NCBI RefSeq assembly: GCF_006345805.1
Contig: NC_043002.1
Coordinates: forward strand, 3,038,001 to 3,102,000
From: Octopus sinensis
Lineage: Eukaryota
DNA length: 64,000 bases
Direction: 5' to 3'
Position numbers and translations under genes: made by a program. The notes beneath the pieces are model-generated. The model did no database searches. It was not told the DNA's origin and saw only the letters and a program-made list of their open reading frames with translations. Each line of letters opens with the position of its first letter. Positions within the stretch are counted from its first letter, which is position 1. Below are positions 52,055 to 63,669 of this stretch, piece after piece.

Positions 52055-52458
52055 GGCGCAGAAGTGTCTGTGTGGTAAGTAGCTTGCTAACCAGCCACAT
52101 GGTTCTGGGTTCAGTCCCACTGCATGGCATCTTGGGCAAGTGTCTTCTGCTATAGCCCCGGGCCAACCAATGCCTTGTGAGTGGATTTGGTAGACGAAAC
52201 TGAAAGAAGCCTGTCGTATATATGTATATATATATATATGTATGTATGTGTGTGTGTCTGTGTTTGTCCCCCTAGCATTGCTTGACAACCGATGCTGGTG
52301 TGTTTATGTCCCCGTCACTTAGCGGTTCGGCAAAAGAGACCGATAGAATAAGTACTGGGCTTACAAAGAATAAGTCCCGGGGTCGATTTGCTCAACTAAA
52401 GGCGGTGCTCCAGCATGGCCGCAGTCAAATGACTGAAACAAGTAAAAGAGTAAAGAGT
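52055..52458 (+). mobile_element. Full-length tRNA-derived SINE family B; other copies near 4490, 25240, 26422, 22130(-) and 60585(-)
   Basis: tRNA-like head (gtggtaag..gggttcagtccc), accttgggcaagtg core, internal TA/TG microsatellite, and tail ggcggtgctccagcatggccgcagtcaaatgactgaaac. Confidence 0.85.
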
Positions 52459-52659
52459 ATATATTTGTGGTTAGTGAGATCAAAGAGAAAGCTATGAAGA
52501 TATGGAAAAGAACCATGGCATTAAAGACTAGTGTGTGAAGGTATTTATTAGTGGAAATGGCCAAACTAACCAAGATCAAAATTCAGTGACAACATCACTG
52601 AACAACAGAATCTCATTCTCTGATTCTGAGATTGGCTCTCATAGGATTTTTTTTTTATC

Positions 52660-53047
52660 TTAGACAGAAATGTTGGCATGCCAGGCGAAATGCTTAGCGG
52701 TATTTCATCTGTTTTTATGTTCTGAGTTAAAATTCCGCCAAGGTCGACTTTGCCTTTCATCCTTTCGGGGTCAGTTAAATAGGTACCAGTTATGCACTGG
52801 GGTCGATATAATCGACTTAATCCATTTGTCTGTCCTTGTTTGTCCCTTCTGTGTTTAGCCCCTTGTGGGTAGTAAAGAAATAGGTATTTCATCTGTCTTT
52901 ATGTTCTGAGTTCAAATTCCGCCGAGGTCGACTTTGCCGTTCATCCTTTCGGCGTCGATAAATTAAGAACCAGTTGCATACTGAGGTTGATCTAATCAAC
53001 TGGCCCTCTCCCCCAAAATTTCGGGCCTTGTACCTAGAGTAGAAAAG
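52660..53047 (+). mobile_element. Tandem dimer of SINE family C; other copies near 24150, 27825, 38400-38810(-), 51410 and 61805(-)
   Basis: ttctgagttcaaattccgccgaggtcgactttgcctttcatcctttcggggtcgataa core occurs twice. Confidence 0.8.
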
Positions 53048-54032
53048 AATATTTGCTTACATATAACTAAGCCAATCATTTTGGTTTTGTTGGAACCAGT
53101 TTGCTCTCTTCAAATAAATGTGTGCAATGGTTTTGAAAATAATCAAGACACACCAGATTTAATATCTATAAACTGTCCATCACATGCCTCGTACAGATGA
53201 TGACAATCGGGAGGCTGCACCCTGTTTATTTGGTGTGGATGGAACTCGACAGTAGAGTTTTAGACTCTAAATTAGCAGTTCTCAGTTGCGTTTACCTACA
53301 GTGGTGGCCCCTAATGGTCTTTCCCTCCCCACTATAAATATAATAAATTTTTCTTGTCTTTTTGGTCTGTGACTCCCTAAAATAATCCCAGTTTTGGATT
53401 TGGCTCAGATGTTAAAACGGTGGAGAACCACCATTCTAAATAATTTACTTGTTTTAGTTTCTTCGTTTCTAATTTCAAATTCTTCCAAAATAGATTTTGC
53501 TTTTATCTCCAGGAATATTCCTAATCGTTCATTCAACTATTATTTCTTACTTCATCAAAATTCCTTTTATGAAATTAATATTTAGTTCCCTGCGATAATT
53601 GTGATCATTTGCTGGCACTAAACCAATCGTTTGTCTCAATTACTGAAAAAAGACCAAGGGACAGTGTTTTTACTCTGGCAGAACTTGAACCCTTAAAATA
53701 TATAATCCTTTATGTTGAATGGATGACAGTCATGCTATGATGGAACTCATTAATAAGTGAATGATTTTTTTTTCCAGAAGTTTATGAAATTATTTTGAGG
53801 TTTCATATTTTTTTTTATAGTTTTTAGAATTTTTTTCATTTTGTTTTGTTTATTTTATTGATTCACTTGCATCAGCTGTGGTCAGTCTCAAACGATTTAT
53901 TGAAGCAGGGAAATCTAAAATATTAAACTAAGTGCTGATTTCTCATTAGATGATCCATATTTACAATTGATGTTTCTGTGCTTCTGGTAGTTTTTATCAG
54001 ATGAATTGATGATCAAATAGTGATAATATATG

Positions 54033-54320
54033 AAAAGCATATGGGAATTGGTATTAAGGAAAGATAGGAAAATTGCCCACAGGCACATGGCATAGTGGTT
54101 AAGAGCGCGGGCTACTAACCCCAACATTCTGAGTTCGATTCCAGGCAGTGACCTGAATAATACTAATATCAAAAAATACCTTAGGAATGAGAACCCAGGT
54201 TCAAAATTTCCCCAAGACACCTGATGAAGGCTGGAGGGTATATCAGCTGAAACGTTGTGCTAACAACAAACAAGATGAGGACAAATATCTGTCAAATGTA
54301 AATATTGTACATAATTCCTG
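54033..54320 (+). mobile_element. Second, shorter copy of the same Penelope-like 3' region with tRNA-like segment and hammerhead
   Basis: Aligns to 3890-4205 with an internal deletion. A box TGGCATAGTGG, B box GAGTTCGATTCC. Confidence 0.7.
54216..54261 (+). ncRNA. Minimal type I hammerhead motif, second family
   Basis: GACAC-CTGATGA-A-GGCTG..CAGCT-GAAAC-GTT-GTGCT, with palindromic AACGTT stem III. Confidence 0.6.
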
Positions 54321-54509
54321 TATAATTAATATAATTCTCAATATTTAACATTTTACTAAATTAATTACCTTCATTTCGTCTGTCATTAACATATTTCCAT
54401 ATGATATAACCTCCTTGATGATTTTATTCCAAGATTAGCCTAATATCATACACTCGACTCTTTAGCATTCAGAGCTCGTGCAATTTCTATGAGTCAAGAA
54501 GTGCTGATC

Positions 54510-54640
54510 CCTAATTGTGGAAGGAAGATGTGGGACGAAGTGGTGAGAAAGGATCTTCAAGCGTTGAGCTTCACAGAGGAGATGATAGGGAAGCAAGGCT
54601 CTTAGCGTTTTGCTGTGCCTGAGAAGACATGTGAAGCTAA
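54510..54640 (+). mobile_element. RTE-type LINE 3' end remnant
   Basis: GRKMWDEVVRKDLQALSFTEEM....*RFAVPEKT resembles the GRPxKTW...DL...W C-terminus of RTE RTs. Confidence 0.6.
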
Positions 54641-55899
54641 GTAAAATGATGGTTGTCTTTGCATACAGGCATGTCCCTTGCAACTATCTCCAGCTGAGCA
54701 TTCCTAGTCTTGTGGGCTTGTGGGTGTTCATGCCACATAGAATGTACCTGTACCAGTGTCATGTGAACACACCTGTGCTGGTGCCACATAAAAAGCACCC
54801 AGTACATTCTGTAAAGTGGTTGGCATTAGGAAGGGCACCCAGCTGTAGAGACCCTGCCAAAACAGGTACATGGAGCCTGGGCAGCTCTTCACCTGTCAAA
54901 CCGTCCAACTCATGCCAGCATGGAAAACAGATGTTAACTGATGATGATGATGATGCCTTTGTCAAATGTGTTGCTTATTCACGTTGTTTGGAATTAATCC
55001 CTCATTATCTTGTAGCTTTAAGATTTCAACGGTGTGTTTGCATACTTTTAGAATGACATTGTAGGGTTGGTGCAAGGAGTTGGATCTAGTCAGTTTTAAC
55101 ATAAAGCTGGTAGAATATTTGGGCCAGATACAGCTGAATCAAATGCTAGCTTTGGCCTTTGTTTCCTCTACTTTTACCTTTTGAACCCTTGACAAACGCA
55201 GTTTGATTCGCCAACACCGACTTGGAAGCAGGTGAGGATTGGCAGGAGGAAAGGCATCCAGTCGTAGAAAATCTCATCATTTCTGCATTCACTTAGTGTC
55301 CACTTTCCATGCTGGTGTGGGTTGGAAAAATCTGTGTCAACAAATTCCATCCAAGTACGGGAAAACAGTCATCAAAATGATGTCAGAGTCCTTTTTGAAA
55401 GAAACGGTGGTTTGTTTTTATTCACCTTATCTACATCTAAGCAGTCTACCGTCACCATGTAAGCTGTTTTGTAAAAGAAGATTCCAGATAAAGAAGTGGT
55501 CTCTAACGGCATATTCCCCAAGATAAGTGGAGAGAGAGAGGTTTCAATGTGATGACGTTCTGCAATGCATATTAATAATACTTGTGTGTTCTAGATGACG
55601 ATTCACTTCTTTCCTCACTCACATCACTCAGACTGATGTAATGCTTGCTTATTCACATTGATTCAAATTAATCATACGTTGTCTCATGGCTTCAAGACTT
55701 CAATGCTGTGATTGTTTATTATTTTGAATAACATTGTAGGGTAGGTGTAAGAGGCCAGATCTGACTGGCTTGAGCATAAGACAGGGAGAATATTTGGGCT
55801 GGATATGGGGGCCAGTTGAAATGCTAAAGGGATAAACTTAATTAATCACAGTTTATTAGGGAGCAATTAAAGCTCCCAGATAATTTTGATTTATGAAAT

Positions 55900-56284
55900 A
55901 CTAGCAGTATCGTCCGGCGTTGCTCGGGTTTGTAAGGGAAATAACTATATAAGCATTTTTAGAGAGTTATAGCAAAAAAATGCATTAAAAATGGAAAAAA
56001 AAAATTATGGTAAATTTTTTTTTAAATCGTTGACTCATCGTAGACATTTTTAGAGAGTTACTTCCCTTATATAATAGCTAAAAAAAATGCATTAAAATGG
56101 AAAAAAATGACGATAATTTTTTTTTTAAATCGTAGACTCACGCTAATACCCAGAAGGGCTCGATATGAATCACGACTATAAGATACCCGGTTTTGGTTAA
56201 ACTGCACCGCAAAATGTGGGAGTAGTTAGGAATCTAAATTGTAGGAGACAGACACGCAACTTCACTTTTATATATAAAGAAGAT
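55900..56284 (-). mobile_element. Helitron-like element with the same 3' terminus and an internal duplication
   Basis: actagcagtatcgtccggcgttgctcggg is the reverse complement of the terminus at 21853-21881. The other end, ttcacttttatatataaaga, resembles the 21505 start. Confidence 0.6.
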
Positions 56285-57456
56285 ATTCCGAGTCATTTGA
56301 ATTTTATTAAATATAAAACAAAATGAAGAGAAAATAGGAAAGGAAAGTTGATCTTTAACTCCAAGAAGTGAACAGCAACCCCCTAAATCACTCCCCCCCC
56401 CTCTTTAGTTGTCTTTCTTTCGCCTCAATGCACCTATTGTCTTCATTTGTTTGTGATCTTGTGTTCACCACATTATTTTCCAATATCGTTCCCTTCCCTC
56501 ACCTGATGTTCCTTGCATTTCCCACATTGTCTGCTGTTTCTTCTTTGTTTATTTCATATCAGAACGGTAGAATATTCCTGCTACATCTGCACACTGGATA
56601 TAACTCCGTCTAGTTTTACGCTTTAGCAATCAAACTGGCCAGAATATTTTACCTCTTTTACACTGGAACTAGCCAGATCCAGCCCCTCATGCCAACCCTA
56701 CAATGTCATTCTAAAACTAAACACTTACATCATTGAAATCTGAAAGCTACAAGATAATCCAGATTAATTCAAAACAAATATATTTGAGGGAATAATCTGA
56801 AAACTGAAGGTTAACAAATTGTCGATACTCCGAGTTTTGCATGTTATAGATATTGCTTCCTAGTTTAAAGCTTTGGCAGATACTCCTTCCAGTTCAAGAT
56901 ATTTGTGCTCCTTGTGTATTACGTAATATTGATGTTTGTTGTAAATAATTCTTCTCGGTTGCAATTCTAAATTTAAAGAACCAACCCATTTACGTTCGAC
57001 AGCAACCACATCAACAGTCTTGTAATAGTTGTTCTCCACATTTTCCTGTTCCTATTTTTGGATATTAGTGACTTTACCATTAAAGAGTTTTAGAAAATAT
57101 TACTCAGAATTATTGATGGAAGATTTGGCAAGAAAATGTTTTTAGCAGAGATGGCAATTCCTCTAATTACGAGCAAATGTTTGACAGTTTCTGGGACCTG
57201 AGCCAAAAGTCAAATAGACTGGAATTGGAGAAAACCTTCAAGAAATTTAATCTCCAAGAAAATATATTCACAAATCTGTAATTGATGACATTTAAGGGTG
57301 CCAAAGTCTGCAACGAAAAGCCCCAGACCAAGATACATGGCCTTAGAACCATGGCTTCTACATCTTTTCCAACAAAACTGTTCTCTATTAAAAGAAAATT
57401 GTTGACTGTATCCATAGAAAGCACTGCTAATATAGAATTAATTTTGGCAGTATTTT

Positions 57457-57479
57457 TTACCATTTAGCTAGTCTCTTGT
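57457..57479 (-). CDS. Candidate small nested gene, terminal coding segment (N-KRLAKW-stop)
   Basis: Acceptor ttttcttattttatag|, 83-nt intron, phase 1 closes the frame at TAA. AATAAA motifs on the minus strand near 56550 and 56305. Confidence 0.3.
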
Positions 57480-57562
57480 CTATAAAATAAGAAAAAAAAT
57501 ATTCCTTCCATTCTATCTCCAAATTATAAATCCTCTGATAGTCTTAGATTTCAGTTCCTCAC

Positions 57563-57666
57563 TTGTCAGGTCTAATAGTGAATATACCGATTCCTCTCCA
57601 ACACATTCTAGCTTAGCTCTTACTAGGTTAGTAGCTTGGAAAAGTTTTCTAAGTACATCCTGTCCT
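57563..57666 (-). CDS. Candidate small nested gene, middle exon (GQDVLRKLFQATNLVRAKLECVGEESVYSLLDLT)
   Basis: Acceptor atttccattcag|, donor ACAA|gtgagg. 104 nt, phase 2 to phase 1, open frame, 95-nt upstream intron. Confidence 0.35.
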
Positions 57667-57761
57667 CTGAATGGAAATATCATATTTAAAAAACAAAGTT
57701 CAGAAATTCAATATGGTTCCTTACTGTTAATATTCAATATATCTGTGTTTTGCAGGCTTAC

Positions 57762-57841
57762 TGAAGAAATGTCTTTTGGTTTATTTGCTTGCTTTTCTCT
57801 TCTGCTCCTACCAATGGCTGCGACACCATTCCTGCTACCAT
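57762..57841 (-). CDS. Candidate small nested gene, first coding segment (MVAGMVSQPLVGAEEKSKQINQKTFL-Q)
   Basis: ATG in ggaATGG context, donor TTCA|gtaagc (phase 2), upstream acceptor ttgtctttgcag| at 57938. Confidence 0.3.
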
Positions 57842-60241
57842 TCCCCTCCTCTCTAAGCTACTTAAAACAAATTTCTACTTGATGTTTCCTCCAAGCTCCA
57901 TTCCTGCCTACACACCGTCTGCCTTCTGCAATGAGACTCTGCAAAGACAAAATATATTTCCATCTCTCTGTCATTAATAAAATCTCACTGATTTACACAG
58001 TATAAAATATTAATCTACAATACAGTTGTAGATTAACCCCAGGGAGGGAACGTTTTTGTAGGTTAAATGTTAAAGTTATTTCACATCCAACTTTAATGCT
58101 TTCCATTGAAATCCTTCATAACTTTCGACACCCTTAAAACAGGTCACTCTTTGCCTCCTTTTTTATTATACACTGTGGTACCAGTTTTGTTTTTTATTTG
58201 TTTTCTTTTGTTCCATTTGTTGAGCAGAAGGATTACAAGATTAAAAATTATTGCAGGTTGTTAAGTTTAAAGCAAAACAATAGATTATTTGTTGGAATGG
58301 AGAACGTGATACTCAAAATATCTACCAACAGAGTATGATGTAAACAGTGACTACGAATGACTTTAATGATTTTTAAAAATAAAAAGCAGAGTAGGGTTTT
58401 TACATGAGGGAACTGCTGACTATTTTAGTCAGTAAAATCATTACAGAACAAAGATTAAAACCATTCTAAAACTACTTTCAAATGGCTACCACCAGAGGGA
58501 GGAAGAGAGAAAGACTGGGAACTATATGGTACAGAGAATTCATAACCCTCACAAGAGAAGCTAATATCATGTGACCAGATACAAAGAAAACGGCAGCCAA
58601 CAAAGTCCAGTGGCACCAGCTTAGTTCCAAGTGTGCTCGAGAGCAGAGGAAGAACAGAGACAGAAAGACAACCATATTTAACATGTCCATGCAGACTCAG
58701 ACGGCCGTTCAAGAATTTGGACCTGGGGATCTCCATTTCCAGCGACTTCGAGGGCCACCTCCCAGTGGTGTCAGGCGTCAACGAAGAGCCCTTGACTTTT
58801 CTCTTTTTTCCAAAGTCTGGGGTCTCCCGCCCCTAAGCCCTAGACCATCAGCTAATCACCCTTACCTGTCTTGTTGCTTAACAACAACAACTCAGACATG
58901 AAAAGGCAGAAATGGTCTCAAGAGGGAAATTCTCCTTTGTGAAGGAGACCAGGAGATTATCTTTTTCTCTCCAGACAATTTCTGCAGCTTTTCATGTCCA
59001 GGTGTATATGAACATTTTAAATATGACTGTACTCACCTACGTCTCATTCAGCACTGCTTAGTGCACCTCTAATTGATTCATTAGTTTTTAATTTAAAATA
59101 ACTGGCATGAATTAGAATTGAGCTGAATATTGAAATAATGTCTGTTTTTACTACTGTCTGGAAATAGCAACAACAACAACAATAGCAAATGGTGGTGGTG
59201 GTGGTGATGTCTTTATTCAACAAAAGGGGTTTGTTTTCTCAATACTTGATCAAATCATTGATTGAAGTTTTATTAACGTCAGAAATGAGGAAAAAATATC
59301 AAATCATTTCTGTGTAATCAATGAGGGGAATAGCTTTTAAGTAACATTATATTTGCACATTGTAACAATGACCGACAATGTTTCATTGGTGAGTGTGCGT
59401 GTGTGTGTCAAGTGGAACAACTTTACACAATCAAATAAGACAGGTTTTGGTTGTATTGAGAGAGGAAACCGGAGGAATTTCTTTGTTTCTGAGATAATAA
59501 ATTAATAACAGAGTGCAATGAAGTATTTCTAGTTTATTCTGTGTGGAGAGGAAGGAAAGGATAAGTTGGTCGTTGGTATTGAACCCTGAACTCTTCAATT
59601 TGAATAAGTCAACCAGTTAATAATAATTTCCACGGTGGGAATAATATTTCAGAATAAGACATTGAGTGAACTTAATAATGAAGGTTTTTATGTTCAGTCA
59701 ATGGTTTTAGTATGTTTAACATACTGATCAAGTTATCATCATCATCATTGTGTTCATGTCCTCTTTTCCATGCTTGCATGGGTTGGACAGGATTTATTGA
59801 AGCAAATTTTCTACAGCCAGATCCTTCCTTTTGCAAGATTAGTAATATTTCCTCAAGGCCAGGCATGTTTTTGTGTAATCTTCAAAATGAATGACACCAC
59901 TTGTATAACAGTGACACTCATTTACAACTATCACATGATATCAAGACAAGGAGACAGAAACATATACACACACACACACACACACATATATGTACATATA
60001 TTTTTTTTTTTCAAAATGTAACCACATGTGAATTGTTGGCGGTTTTTTTTTTTTTTCCGTCTTCCTTTTCTCATGAACTTTCCTCTGTCTCCTGTTTCTG
60101 AAAAAGAGCCTTGCTTGAAATGTAAAACCACCTTTCTTTCTTTCCCTGAGCACCTGCTAATACTTTACATGTACCACGTCCTCGCATTACTTTTTTTTTG
60201 TGTGTGTGTGGTTCTTCATTTTTTGGGGATTTACTATAAAC

Positions 60242-60289
<48 letters not shown>

Positions 60290-60294
60290 TATAT

Positions 60295-60330
<36 letters not shown>

Positions 60331-60340
60331 ATATATATAT

Positions 60341-60484
60341 ACTACGGGAAGCTTTATGAAAATAAACAAAAGACGAAGGCAGGTGGAAGACAAACGAACA
60401 ATTGTATTAGTATGGCGCTCAGGAAATATAATTACAACAAGTCTTTAACGTTTCGAGCCTACGCTCTTCAACAGAAAGATACAC
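60341..60484 (-). mobile_element. Penelope-like terminal repeat fragment next to (TA)n, cut by the assembly gap, with a hammerhead-like motif at 60479-60442
   Basis: Minus-strand TCTTT-CTGTTGA-A-GAGC(gtag)GCTC-GAAAC-GTT-AAAGA. Perfect stem I TCTTT/AAAGA; A6 replaced by U. Confidence 0.55.
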
Positions 60485-60584
60485 NNNNNNNNNNNNNNNN
60501 NNNNNNNNNNNNNNNNNNNNNNNNNNNNNNNNNNNNNNNNNNNNNNNNNNNNNNNNNNNNNNNNNNNNNNNNNNNNNNNNNNNN
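60485..60584. other. Assembly gap (100 N, probably unsized)
   Basis: Run of N. Confidence 1.
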
Positions 60585-62614
60585 TCCATTCACAAGGGTC
60601 TGGTTGGCCTAGGGCTGTAGTAGAAGACTCTTGCCCAAGGTGCTGCATAGTGGGACTGAACCCAAAACCATATGCTTGGGAAACAAACTTCTTAACCACA
60701 CCATTACCTATCACAGCCACAAACCTAGGCCAACACACTTTCCATCGAAGTAAATTTACTAACAAAACAAACTTGTGTTCTTCATCAAACTTAGCCTTTA
60801 ACCTTATGTAATCAAAGGTATGTTTGATTAGATGGTCAGCCTCACTGGCTTTCTGTCAGAAAAACCTAATCACTGTTCCCCACAGCTAGACAAACAGAAG
60901 CTACACAGAATAAACAAGCTGCAAGAAACACACACACACACACACATGTGGGCTTTCGTTCCCCTGCATGATGCCTTGCTCTTAGAGCCTCCAGATGACG
61001 GTTGAAAGTAAAATATGGAGATAATAAATTGTACGAAAGCCCATTACTCATATAATTTGTGTGTGTCTGGCTTTATTTTCTAATTGTCTTTTTTGTGATA
61101 CCATTGAACAACGGGTGCTCTCACATTTAGAACTTCTCACAACTCTACATCTTAAAATTTATTGGTTTCAATGTGTGAAAAGCGAGCAAATAGAAAAGGC
61201 ATTGCTTCAAAAACAAGCAAGGGTTGGCAACTGGAAGGGCATCTGGCCGTAGAATATGGCCTTAATGAATCTTGTCCAAGAGGTCAATATGGAGAAAGCA
61301 AATGTAAAATAATGATGTATAAAAATGTTCTTTCATTTATGATTTGGACAGGAATTTATTTGAGGCATCTGTTAATGACAAAATGTTCTTCTGTCACCAA
61401 CCGTTATCTGTATTCCTTATAAGGAGTGTTTTTTTTTTCCATCCCACTGCTCTTTAGAAGTATGGAGCAGCTTGGCGTCAAGGCAGCAAGGAACGTCAAT
61501 ATCATCAGCCTCATCATTTAATGCCTGTTTTCCTTGCTGTCATGGGTTGGACAATGTGACAGGAACTGGCATGGTTGGAGAGTTGCACCAGGTTCCAACT
61601 GTCTCTTTTGGCATGGTTTCTACAGCTGGATGCACTTCCTAATGCCAACCACTTTACAGAGTGCCACTGGGTGCTTTTTATGCAACACCATCACCGGTGT
61701 TTTTATGCCTTATCATTTCATGGGCTTCCATATAGTTTCTGTCTTCCAATCACACAAAGCCCAGCATATGGATTGATCTCTACTTTATTGTAGAAGACAC
61801 TCACTTTCACTACCTATTTCTTTACTACCCACAAGGAGCTAAACACAGACAGGACAAATGGATTAAGTCGATTATATCGACCCCAGTGCGTAACTGGTAC
61901 TTAATTTATCGACCCCGAAAGGATGAAAGGCAAAGTCGACCTCGACGGAATTTGAACTCAGAACGTAACAGCAGACAAAATATGGCTACGCATTTCGCCC
62001 GGCATGCTAACGATTCTGGCAGCTCGCTGCCTTACTCGCTATGAGTACCATGCAAAACTGAACCCAAAACCATATGAATGCATAGCTTACTGCTCCCACA
62101 TGACTGTATCCATGAAGATGTTGGTTTTTAACTCCTTTCATCTTGCAGTTGCCATTTAGGGGTCAGTTGCTAAGCATCTCTAAAATTACACCCACTTGAG
62201 GCAACCAGCTTTTCTCTCTGATGCAAGACTTCTTTTTCTGTCCCTCAACACTACTTCCCCTCCCTCAGTTGTCTTGCAAGATATTTGGTGACCCCCTCCC
62301 CACTGGCACCAGTGCCACGTAAAAAGCACCCAGACCACATTCTGTAAAGCAGTCGGCATGGCGAAGGGTATCTGGCCATAGAAACCATACCAAAGCAGAC
62401 AGCAGGGCTTGGTGCTGTCTTCTGACTTTGCTAGTTCCTGTGGAGCCGTCCAACCCATACCAGCATGGGAAATAGATTTCCAATAGCCTCAGCTAGGTTT
62501 GTGTTTGTTGACCAATGAGGTCTTCTGTTGAATCAATGCCCTGGAATACTTCTGCCTACTGAGGAAATACTCAGATGCTGAAGTTGAGAAGTCCCTGACT
62601 GTATTAGTCTTGAC

Positions 62615-63207
62615 TGTGGCACGTAAAAAGCACCAACCGATTGTGGTCGTTGCCAGCCTACCCTGGCACGTATAAAGCACCATCCATATGTGGCCAATGC
62701 CAGCGTCGCCTTGACTGGCTTCCGTGTCGGTGGCACATAAAAACTAACTCCAATTGTGGCCGTTGACAGCCTCCCCTGGCACCTGTGCCGGTGACACGTA
62801 AAAAGCACCATCCGTATGTGGTCGATGCCAGCGCCACTTTGACTGGCTTCCGTGTCGGTGGCACATAAAAGGCACCAACTGATTGTGGGACTTCCAGCCT
62901 CCCCTGGCACCTGTGCCGGTGGCACGTAAAAAGCACCATCCGTATGTGTCGATGCCAGCGCCACTTTGACTGGCTTCCGTGCTGGTGGTACGTAAAAAGC
63001 ACCAACCGATCGTGGCCGATGCCAGCCTCCCCTGGCACCTGTGCCAGTAACACATAAAAAGCACCCACTACACTCACGGAGTGGTTGGCGTTAGGAAGGG
63101 CATCCAGCTGTAGAAACACTGCCAGATCAGACTGGAGCCTGGTGCAGCCTCCTGGCTTCCCAGACTCGTGCTAGCAAGGAAAACGGATGTTAAACGATGA
63201 TGATGAT
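62615..63207 (+). mobile_element. SINE family A with an expanded internal higher-order repeat
   Basis: About seven alternating ~60-bp units (aaccgat-type and atccgtat-type) before the tail. Confidence 0.8.
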
Positions 63208-63243
63208 TGTTTATATATATTTATATAAGTAATGAAGACACAT

Positions 63244-63277
63244 CTGATGAGATCCCAACAAGGATCGAGAACCGGTT
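63244..63277 (+). ncRNA. Degenerate hammerhead relic (fourth family)
   Basis: CTGATGA-GATCC(caacaa)GGATC-GAGA-ACCGGTT. Core, stem II and palindromic stem III are present, but GAAA is mutated and stem I is not recoverable. Confidence 0.4.
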
Positions 63278-63292
63278 AAGATTGTTATTTTA

Positions 63293-63669
63293 GGCGCAGG
63301 AGTGGCTGTGAGGTAAGTAGCTTGCTAACCAACCACATGGTTCCACGTTCAGTCCCACTGCGTGGCACCTTGGGCAAGTGTCTTCTACTATAGCCTCGGG
63401 TCGACCAAAGCCTTGTGACTGGATTTGGTAGACGGAAACTGAAAGAAGCCTGTCATATATATATGTGTGTGTGTCTGTGTTTGTACCCCCCAACATCGCT
63501 TGACAACCGATGCTGGTGTATTTACATCCCCGTAACTTAGCGGTTCGGCAAAACAGACCAATAGAATAAGTACTAGGCTTCCAAAGAATAAGTCCTGGGG
63601 TCGAGTTGCTCGTTTAAAGGCGGTGTTCCAGCATGGCCGCAGTCAAATGACTGAAACAAGTAAAAGAGT
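63293..63669 (+). mobile_element. Full-length SINE family B
   Basis: Near-identical organisation to 52055-52458. Confidence 0.85.

Noticed and set aside
57860-57938. Two in-frame TAG codons upstream of the nested ORF as possible UAG-to-UIG editing readthrough sites
   Set aside because: There is no homology evidence that the extended frame is coding; a 5' UTR is the simpler explanation.
60028-60612. Longest ORF in the track (194 aa), and similar YIYI/THTH ORFs at 1198, 2101, 3361, 3419 and 60200
   Set aside because: They are translations of (TA)n and (CA)n microsatellites, and the longest runs through the N gap.
62533-63119. Overlapping 106-153-aa ORFs with repeated WCFLRAT/GAFYVP motifs (also at 27328, 41893 and 50573)
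   Set aside because: They come from the SINE family A internal tandem repeat and are not a protein family. The units abut without unique spacers, so this is not a CRISPR array either.
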